From the sequence record MW825358.1: DNA of 64,000 nt; one strand, 5' to 3'. The position numbers were made by a program, and so were the translations under genes. Below the pieces are notes generated by a model. That model made no database searches. It saw only the letters and a program-made list of their open reading frames with translations, and had not been told where the DNA came from. Below, piece after piece: positions 10,266-16,558 of this stretch (position 1 is its first letter; each line of letters begins with the position of its first letter).

Positions 10266-11072
10266 ATGTCCCAGATCAAAACCCAAATCGACAAGCTCAT
10301 CGCCAATACGAACATTGCGGACCGCTACCGCACGATCCTGGCGCTGTATCCGAAGAACCCGCGCTACAAGGAGCTGCCGTATCACAACGCTGAGCACGTG
10401 CGGGCGGTGCTGAACCTGTTTGAGATCCTGCGCAAGCTTTCGGGCAAGGGCTTTAACAAGCAGCAGCTGAAAAACGTCGAACTGGCCCTGGCCTTCCACG
10501 ACATCAATCACAGCGGCTTTGGTGATGCCCACCAGGACGAAGAGGGTGAGACCAATATCGGTAAAGCCCTTGCTGCCTTCTACGCCTGGCAGGACGATAA
10601 GAAGCTCAGCACTGATGACCGTCACGCCGTGATTGCCTTCATCGAAGCTACGCGCTATCCGCACGACGAGGTGGCCGTGCCTGATGGCAGTCCGGATATC
10701 GATGCGTTGATCGGGCTGGTGCGCGATGCTGACATCCTCTGGGGCATGCTGCCGGGTAATGCAGAGCAGTGCATGATCGGTCTGTGGCTGGAACAGCGCA
10801 ATGCTGGTGCAGAGGTCTCCCAGGATGTCTTTGAGATCCTCAAGCGTCAGCTGCACTTCATCCGCGACTATCAACCCTTCACGGCCGCAGGGCGGACCTT
10901 CAAGAACGCCATGTTTGATCAGGCGACTCTGGCGTGGTCGCAGACAGCACTGGACTATCAGCGTCAGTTGGAACTGGCGGCACAGGTGAAAGACATGCCC
11001 GCAGCCGACATCCAGGCTTTGGCATATGCCTTGGCCAACAAGCACCGACTGGGTCGTTCCAGCTACCCGTAA
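10266..11072 (+). CDS. HD-domain phosphohydrolase with class I cyclic-nucleotide PDE-like signature
   Basis: PYHNAEH ... AFHDINHSG ... VRDAD. Confidence 0.8.
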   Translation: MSQIKTQIDKLIANTNIADRYRTILALYPKNPRYKELPYHNAEHVRAVLNLFEILRKLSGKGFNKQQLKNVELALAFHDINHSGFGDAHQDEEGETNIGKALAAFYAWQDDKKLSTDDRHAVIAFIEATRYPHDEVAVPDGSPDIDALIGLVRDADILWGMLPGNAEQCMIGLWLEQRNAGAEVSQDVFEILKRQLHFIRDYQPFTAAGRTFKNAMFDQATLAWSQTALDYQRQLELAAQVKDMPAADIQALAYALANKHRLGRSSYP

Positions 11073-11076
11073 CCAC

Positions 11077-11113
11077 GGCATAAAGGGAGGGCACGTAGCC
11101 CTCCTGATATGCC
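11077..11113. terminator. GGCATA..hairpin..TATGCC element
   Basis: GGAGGGC-ACGTA-GCCCTCC flanked by GGCATA/TATGCC. Confidence 0.65.
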
Positions 11114-11134
11114 TTTTCCTGGAATTGTTCAAAG

Positions 11135-11347
11135 ATGAAAACACGTGACCTTTCAGCCGGCATGTTCGGGTTCCTACTGATCACCAGTGGGGCTTTGCTC
11201 CTGTCGTGTCTGATCATGATGATCTGGGCGTTGGAGCTACTCTCCCAGGCCACCCCGGCTGCGGCATGGATGGCATTAGGAGTGGCGGCTCTCCAAGGCG
11301 CCATCGGTGTTGGGCTGGGGTACTACTTGGTTCACCGACTGCGCTAG
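11135..11347 (+). CDS. Small two-TM membrane protein
   Basis: 70 aa, two hydrophobic helices. Confidence 0.6.
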   Translation: MKTRDLSAGMFGFLLITSGALLLSCLIMMIWALELLSQATPAAAWMALGVAALQGAIGVGLGYYLVHRLR

Positions 11348-11390
11348 AGTCAATCCGCAGTAGATTTTTACCCACCTGCATTAGGTTGTA

Positions 11391-11525
11391 GGAGAACAGT
11401 CAGAGTAGCAAAACTGGATACAGATCGACGAGGTATGTATCAACCAGAGGATGCGGTGGGACCTTCTTGCCTGGCGGCTTGGGTCCTCACGCATAGAGAC
11501 CTGGTGTTGCTCTGACTGTTGCTCC
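11391..11525 (+). ncRNA. Candidate three-way-junction structured RNA
   Basis: 16-bp closing helix 11395-11410/11505-11520 with G-U pairs and two internal hairpins; no ORF. Confidence 0.5.
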
Positions 11526-11615
11526 CTTTCATTCAAAGTAAGTGCCTTCTTCTACTCTTCTTTTAAGAGGGGGAAATAGAGGAGGCGCACTTAACGTTTC
11601 TCGTTTTTAAGCAGG

Positions 11616-11701
11616 GCCCAAGTGGCGTAATGGCAGCCGCGGCAGACTCAAAATCTGTTGGTAGTGATACCGTGTCGGTTCGAGTCCGACCTTGGGCACC
11701 A
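11616..11701 (+). tRNA. tRNA-Leu(CAA)
   Basis: GCCCAAG/CTTGGGC acceptor, CT-CAA-AA loop, long variable arm, TTCGAGT T-loop, encoded CCA. Confidence 0.95.
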
Positions 11702-11718
11702 TTGCTTGACCGTTTCTT

Positions 11719-11894
11719 GAACGAGTGTCGTGTAGGTCTAGGCCGGACCTACGATTGATCTAACAGAGGCTCACGATAGACCTTTAGCACAGCTTGGTCA
11801 TTTATAGCACCAGATATCGAACCTCGAGTTCACTGTGTGGTCGACAATAACAGCGCCGTGAGGACAGAGAGTGAAATCCTCTCCTCGTTCACCA
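11719..11894 (+). ncRNA. tRNA-ended RNA with about 140-nt internal domain
   Basis: GAACGAG/CTCGTTC acceptor, U8, GAGAG-TGAAATC-CTCTC T-arm, A-CCA end. Confidence 0.6.
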
Positions 11895-11906
11895 TTTAGT
11901 AGCAAA

Positions 11907-11994
11907 CCGCGGGTGGTCAAATTAGGTAAAGGCAGCGGACTTAAAATCCGCCGGTGGAAACACCTTGAGGGTTCAAGTCCCTCTCCGCGGACCA
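11907..11994 (+). tRNA. tRNA-Leu(TAA)
   Basis: CCGCGGG/TCCGCGG acceptor region, CT-TAA-AA loop, variable arm, TTCAAGT T-loop, CCA. Confidence 0.95.
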
Positions 11995-12025
11995 TTCAAA
12001 ATTCCAGCCACCCGTGAGGTGTTCC

Positions 12026-12229
12026 ATGTTCGATTTCGACAGCCAAACGGATCTACCTACGCAACCGGGTTGGTATAACGTACTCATTGAAGGCGTCAGT
12101 AGTTTCATGCCGATCTATTTCCACTTTGATGGAGAGGAATGGCATCCTGATTTCTTCGAAGACGAAATTCGTGCAGGTAGAAAGTTTACGTGGTTTGAAG
12201 GAACGCGCCGTGACACACGTCCGTCCTGA
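12026..12229 (+). CDS. Small hypothetical protein within the tRNA cluster
   Basis: GAGGT RBS; 67 aa. Confidence 0.6.
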   Translation: MFDFDSQTDLPTQPGWYNVLIEGVSSFMPIYFHFDGEEWHPDFFEDEIRAGRKFTWFEGTRRDTRPS

Positions 12230-12509
12230 TTCACCACTATGTTCATCGGAGGGACTGGCGCGACAGGTCATTGAGGTCCCTGAGGACAAGTTCCTCTATA
12301 GCGACGTGATCCTTGAAAAGGTCAAGTCTTTTTTCGAAGCGCAGTCGGAAAGTAAAGCCATGGTGATTGGGGTCGACGTGTGTGGGTTTCTGTCTCGCCG
12401 CGAGGAAGGAAAATTGTTTGCCGCGTTGAGCGCGGAAGGCTTTGGTTGGACCATGGTAACATGGGATCCGAAGTCCAAGTTCACCGGGTTGTTGATTACC
12501 CGAAAGTAA
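12210..12509 (+). CDS. Hypothetical protein
   Basis: GAAGGA RBS before GTG 12210. Confidence 0.55.
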   Translation: MTHVRPDSPLCSSEGLARQVIEVPEDKFLYSDVILEKVKSFFEAQSESKAMVIGVDVCGFLSRREEGKLFAALSAEGFGWTMVTWDPKSKFTGLLITRK

Positions 12510-12550
12510 CACCTCAGTTGTGGACCGTTGCCGAAAGGCGAGAAGTTAAG

Positions 12551-12714
12551 TCAGTTTGTCGAGTGGTGGAATAGGTATACACGTGTTGGATCCCTCAGGG
12601 GTGAAGGTGCAGCCGGGAAGGGTACATCGCTCCCCGGTGCCTGACAGTGGGTGCGGCCTTAGGCCATAAGCGGGTTCGAGTCCCGCCTCAGAGTGCACTG
12701 TCCATACAAACTGA
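12551..12714 (+). ncRNA. tRNA-Leu-like RNA with expanded anticodon domain and altered acceptor
   Basis: Leu-type D-arm GTGGAATAGGTATACAC, GGCC-TTA-GGCC variable arm, GCGGG-TTCGAGT-CCCGC T-arm, outer helix TCAGTTTGT/ACAAACTGA. Confidence 0.55.
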
Positions 12715-12719
12715 TTTAA

Positions 12720-13100
12720 TGAAGTGTCCATGATCTGATGTGGTAATTCCAAGTGTAGCTGAGGGTGCAGGCTTGGATGGTCGAGACTTAAAGAACGCAG
12801 CGCCGCCAGTCTCCGACGTGATAAACCCTTGAGATCCCCCGATGACCACCGATGGTCTTGATGCCGGCTGCGGCCGGACAGAGATTAGTAGCAATCGGTG
12901 TAGGGGGTCTCTAAATTTGAATCCCTGACCAACCGTATGGCGAGGTAGGCCTCGTCACAAACCTGGGAACCTGAAGGTGGATTACCGGGCGTGCCAAACC
13001 TTTGAACTAGTGGTGTACTGTTAGCAAGACATTTGGTCGGGGCTTTGAGTGTTACCCCTACGATGGCACTGATCTTGCGATGTACTCCAAACCTTCACCC
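12720..13100 (+). ncRNA. Candidate large structured RNA
   Basis: About 380 nt with no sense ORF; several hairpins and long-range helices. Confidence 0.4.
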
Positions 13101-13123
13101 GCCGTTTTAGCTCAGTTGGCAGC
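13101..13123 (+). pseudogene. 5' fragment of an interrupted tRNA-Thr gene
   Basis: GCCGTTT-TA-GCTC-AGTTGG; acceptor strand complementary to AAACGGC at 13801-13807. Confidence 0.85.
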
Positions 13124-13144
13124 TTTTGGAATAGGATAGGTGGA

Positions 13145-13684
13145 ATGATCATTGATCTTGAAGAACCTTTCAAGTCAGTCTATTCAAAAGGCTACCTGAG
13201 AGTTGAAAGTGATGGTCGAAAATATGTGAGTCTCTACAATTGTGCAGGCGATCAAAGGTCAATCAGTTACGCGAGATATTTGTACAGCGTTCGCATGGGA
13301 TATGAGATTCCCGGTGACATTGAGATTGACCATAGAGACGGAGATAAGTCTAACGATAGTTTCGACAACCTCCGACCGATGACAATCCAAATGCATCGAG
13401 ATAAGACTTATTTCGAGCGACTGAACAAAGATTGGGTTGATCTCGTTTGTCCTTGCTGTACAGAAACTTTCCGAAGGTCTTCTCGCTATCTTAGAGATAA
13501 GAGAAGTCAGGGTCAGGTCGAGTTTTATTGTAGTCGCAGTTGCTCCACCAAAATGAACACCCCCATGAAAAAACCGCTGGAAGTGATCGAGCAGATTAGA
13601 GAACTAAAGGCTGAAGGAAAATCATCTTACTTTATTGCTAGCGCTTTAGGTGTAGCTAGAAACACGGTGATGAAGCACTGGTAA
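13145..13684 (+). CDS. HNH homing endonuclease with Zn finger and C-terminal HTH
   Basis: EIDHRDGDKSNDSFDNL HNH motif; CPCC/CSRSC; IASALGVARNTV. Confidence 0.9.
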   Translation: MIIDLEEPFKSVYSKGYLRVESDGRKYVSLYNCAGDQRSISYARYLYSVRMGYEIPGDIEIDHRDGDKSNDSFDNLRPMTIQMHRDKTYFERLNKDWVDLVCPCCTETFRRSSRYLRDKRSQGQVEFYCSRSCSTKMNTPMKKPLEVIEQIRELKAEGKSSYFIASALGVARNTVMKHW

Positions 13685-13686
13685 TT

Positions 13687-13769
13687 GCTGGGATGGCTGA
13701 GTGGCCGAAAGCACCAACCTTGTAAGTTGGTATACCACATCGTCAGTTCGAATCTGACTCCCAGCACCA
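13687..13769 (+). tRNA. tRNA-Thr(TGT) with class-II-like body
   Basis: GCTGGGA/TCCCAGC acceptor, CCAAC-CTTGTAA-GTTGG anticodon arm, TTCGAAT T-loop, A-CCA. Confidence 0.88.
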
Positions 13770-13772
13770 TCG

Positions 13773-13811
13773 ATCAGTAGGTCCTCGGTTCGATTCCGAG
13801 AAACGGCACCA
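13773..13811 (+). pseudogene. 3' fragment of an interrupted tRNA-Thr gene
   Basis: ATCAGT-AGGTC-CTCGG-TTCGATT-CCGAG-AAACGGC-A-CCA. Confidence 0.88.
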
Positions 13812-13823
13812 ATTGTTTTAAAC

Positions 13824-13943
13824 GGACCAGCAGCTCGCCCGGCGAGAGCGCAGGTACAGACGCGGAAGTAGTGTGGGTTCGATTCCCATGTCGCTTGGAC
13901 GCAATCCCCTCCCTGAGGTTAGGTTCGAATCCTATCTGGTCCA
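13824..13943 (+). ncRNA. tRNA-like RNA or pseudo-tRNA with a second T-arm nested in the anticodon position
   Basis: GGACCAG/CTGGTCC acceptor, GCTC/GAGC D-stem, terminal TAGG-TTCGAAT-CCTA and internal GTGGG-TTCGATT-CCCAT. Confidence 0.55.
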
Positions 13944-13958
13944 TCAGTGTTGTAAAAC

Positions 13959-14048
13959 GGAGAGTTGGCCGAGAGGATTAAGGCACCGGTCTTGAAAACC
14001 GACGTAGGGGAAACCCTGCCGTGAGTTCGAATCTCACACTCTCCGCCA
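13959..14048 (+). tRNA. tRNA-Ser(TGA)
   Basis: GGAGAGT/ACTCTCC acceptor, CT-TGA-AA loop, long variable arm, G-CCA. Confidence 0.95.
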
Positions 14049-14210
14049 ATTTCGTTGCGGTGACTTGATGTAGTGGGCAAACACCCGAGTGTACAAGCGC
14101 TAGAGCGGTCAGAACTCTAGCGCTTGTACTCATGGTGAGTATAAGGAGACTTAACTAACATTACTTGTTAGTCTCTCAAATCTACCTCAACACTATCGAG
14201 GAGTTTTACA

Positions 14211-15173
14211 ATGAATAACATCAACGATCAGCTGGTCGAATACCTCAGTCACCCTCTGAACATCGGTGTTGCCCGCGCACCCTTTTCGGACATGGTCTGT
14301 ACGGTACCTGGATCAGAACTTGACAAGCTATGGGATCATCCCACCGGTTACCCTGTCGGATTGCTCGAACTGAGCTATAACGAACTGACTGCGATCTTCT
14401 TTACGGGACAAGTCTTCGGCAACAATAATCGTTCTCTGTGTCATGTCTCTCAGGGCGAGAACGGTCGCGTGGAGGACCATGTCTCATGTGACGTTCGAAG
14501 CGACAAGCGTGAAGGGATGAAAGTGTCCTTTCGAGTAACGCGCCGGCTTGAACAAGGTTGGTGTAATTACGGGCTCAGTGCAAGACAGTTGGTTGTCGAG
14601 GAGGCTAACCGCACGAGCTTGAAAAACCGGATGACTTTCCGCCCCTTTATGGATAAAGAAGGCAAACCGCAGTGGCAGTTGATGCGTCGTGAGATTCTTC
14701 AGATCGAATCTTATCCACCGGCGGAAGATACCGTTCCGGCCTATCTCAACTATCTCTACAAGAATCTCGAGCGCACCATCGGGGATGCCTTGAAGGTGAA
14801 TGAGGATGGGTACTTGGTCGAGACCGGTGTTGATGGTGAGATCCAGTGCTGGTGGGAAGACGTAGTGGCCGAGATGATCGAGACGGGTCTGCAACACCAC
14901 CCGTTGGGCGTGTACAACTACATTCCTACTGATCCGAGCTTGATTGACTGGTTCTTCGAGGTTAAGGCTCAAGCCGCCAATGGTGCGTTTGATCACACCA
15001 CCAGCAGCATTGAAACGGTGTCCAAGCGCATTGCCGATGTCGGTACACGGTTTGCTGAACTGACTGAACCTTTCGTTCAGAAAGCGGCACGCGAAAATCG
15101 AGCACTAGCACGTGAGATCAAGCAGCAGGACGAGCATGGTTCTCCGTTGGACGAAGAAGATCTGGTAGACTAA
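14211..15173 (+). CDS. Hypothetical protein
   Basis: 320-aa ORF with GAGGAG RBS. Confidence 0.8.
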   Translation: MNNINDQLVEYLSHPLNIGVARAPFSDMVCTVPGSELDKLWDHPTGYPVGLLELSYNELTAIFFTGQVFGNNNRSLCHVSQGENGRVEDHVSCDVRSDKREGMKVSFRVTRRLEQGWCNYGLSARQLVVEEANRTSLKNRMTFRPFMDKEGKPQWQLMRREILQIESYPPAEDTVPAYLNYLYKNLERTIGDALKVNEDGYLVETGVDGEIQCWWEDVVAEMIETGLQHHPLGVYNYIPTDPSLIDWFFEVKAQAANGAFDHTTSSIETVSKRIADVGTRFAELTEPFVQKAARENRALAREIKQQDEHGSPLDEEDLVD

Positions 15174-15184
15174 GTTGTAAAGAC

Positions 15185-15216
15185 TACAGCCCCGCCTTTG
15201 TGGGCGGGGCTGTATG
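15185..15216. terminator. GC-rich hairpin + TATG
   Basis: TACAGCCCCGCC-TTTGTG-GGCGGGGCTGTA-TG. Confidence 0.7.
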
Positions 15217-15362
15217 TTGCTGTCCAATCTCGACACCATCCCCAGTGAACGCCAGTGCTAGGCTAGACTTAAAACACCAGTAAGCCGCCCTAAGTGTTGA
15301 ACTGTAGTTTCTTTTTACCTAACGTGCTGACTGTGTGTAGGAGGCAGTCGGCTTCACCTACA

Positions 15363-15406
15363 GTTGGAGATAGACTCCAGCTTCACTTACCACGATAGGA
15401 ACTATC
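15363..15406 (+). promoter_or_regulatory. Twin-hairpin translational leader (ATAGA loop + GGAA loop)
   Basis: TGGAG-ATAGA-CTCCA then GATAG-GAA-CTATC abutting ATG. Confidence 0.55.
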
Positions 15407-16498
15407 ATGGACACGCAACACGATTACCTTGTTTTCATTGGTCGCTTTGAACCCTTCCACAACGGACACATGGCAGTGGCGCGTCGGGCTTTGCAGCTCG
15501 GCAAGAAACTGATCGTTTTGATTGGCTCGGCCCACAAGCCGCGCTCCATCAAGAACCCTTGGATCGCTGAGGAACGGTCAGTGATGATCCGCACCGCTCT
15601 GGCTGAGCACCAAGATCGCTTGATCATCGGTCAGCTGCGCGATCACCTGTACAACGAAGACCAGTGGATCGCTGATGTGCAACGGGCCGTGCGTGAGGCT
15701 GTGGTCGACTTTGACGGCCGCATGAGCTTTGACAAACAGTCCATTCGCATGATCGGTCAGAACAAGGATGAGTCAAGCTACTACCTGCAGATGTTTCCGC
15801 AGTGGCCTGCCATTGACGTCAGTCACACGGCAGTGCAATCGGCCACCGATCTGCGCAACTACTTGTTCGATGCTGGACGGGTGGAAACGCACGGGGGTAT
15901 GAACATGATCCGCGCCAACGTACCGCGGCCTGTGTTTGAAATGATCGATGCCTTCCGCCACAGCTCGCCAGACTTTAATCAGCTCGTGCGTGAGCACAAG
16001 TTCATCAAGGACTATAAGTCAGGCTGGGACACCGCGCCGTACGCGCCGACCTTTACCACCACCGATGCGGTTGTGACCTACTCTGGTCATGTCTTGTTGG
16101 TGCGACGTAGGGCCGAGCCGGGGAAAGGACTGTGGGCACTTCCGGGTGGGTTTGTAAACCCCAAAGAAAGTATCTACGATTCGTGTATCCGCGAGTTGCG
16201 TGAGGAGACCCGACTGCGGATTCCCGCATCGATCCTCAAGGGTTCTCTCAAGGCCAAAGAAGTCTTCGATCATCCTGACCGCAGTCTGCGTGGACGCACC
16301 ATCACCCACGCGTTCCACTTCCACTTTGCCGCAGGTGAACTCCCGCCGGTCAAGGGAGGGGACGATGCTGATAAGGCCCGCTGGGTCCCGATCAGTGAAG
16401 TGCTGGAAATGGGGCCGCGTCTGTATGAGGATCATCTCGACATCATCGAGTTCTTCCTGGGCCAAACCGCCAGTCAGCGGCAGTCGTTGATCGACTAA
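15407..16498 (+). CDS. nadM: Bifunctional NMN adenylyltransferase / ADP-ribose pyrophosphatase (NadM-NUDIX)
   Basis: GRFEPFHNGH nucleotidyltransferase motif; GGFVNPKESIYDSCIRELREET Nudix box. Confidence 0.95.
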   Translation: MDTQHDYLVFIGRFEPFHNGHMAVARRALQLGKKLIVLIGSAHKPRSIKNPWIAEERSVMIRTALAEHQDRLIIGQLRDHLYNEDQWIADVQRAVREAVVDFDGRMSFDKQSIRMIGQNKDESSYYLQMFPQWPAIDVSHTAVQSATDLRNYLFDAGRVETHGGMNMIRANVPRPVFEMIDAFRHSSPDFNQLVREHKFIKDYKSGWDTAPYAPTFTTTDAVVTYSGHVLLVRRRAEPGKGLWALPGGFVNPKESIYDSCIRELREETRLRIPASILKGSLKAKEVFDHPDRSLRGRTITHAFHFHFAAGELPPVKGGDDADKARWVPISEVLEMGPRLYEDHLDIIEFFLGQTASQRQSLID

Positions 16499-16509
16499 CT
16501 GACCACACC

Positions 16510-16558
16510 CCGGCGGATAGACCGCCGGTTCTCAACCCGACTTGAAGGAACTTCAGTC
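16510..16558 (+). promoter_or_regulatory. Twin-hairpin translational leader (second copy)
   Basis: CCGGCGG-ATAGA-CCGCCGG then TGAAG-GAA-CTTCA upstream of ATG. Confidence 0.55.

Noticed and set aside
11760-11860. tmRNA: interior CCTTTAGCACAGCTT loosely resembles the LAA tag coding end
   Set aside because: No G3-U70, no in-frame ..AA-stop tag, and the RNA is about half tmRNA size.
11798-11995. Minus-strand ORF (also 20031..20381 and 20312..20515)
   Set aside because: These are translations of the antisense strand of tRNA genes.
12590-12602. ATCCC-TCA-GGGGT as a UCA (Sec or opal suppressor) anticodon
   Set aside because: Loop is only 3 nt, there is no U33 context and no functional acceptor end.
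12745-12810. tmRNA or group I similarity (GTGTAGCTGAGGG resembles GTGCATGCCGAGGG; GAGACT resembles P7)
   Set aside because: No tRNA-like ends, no resume/tag frame and no matching J8/7-P7' element.
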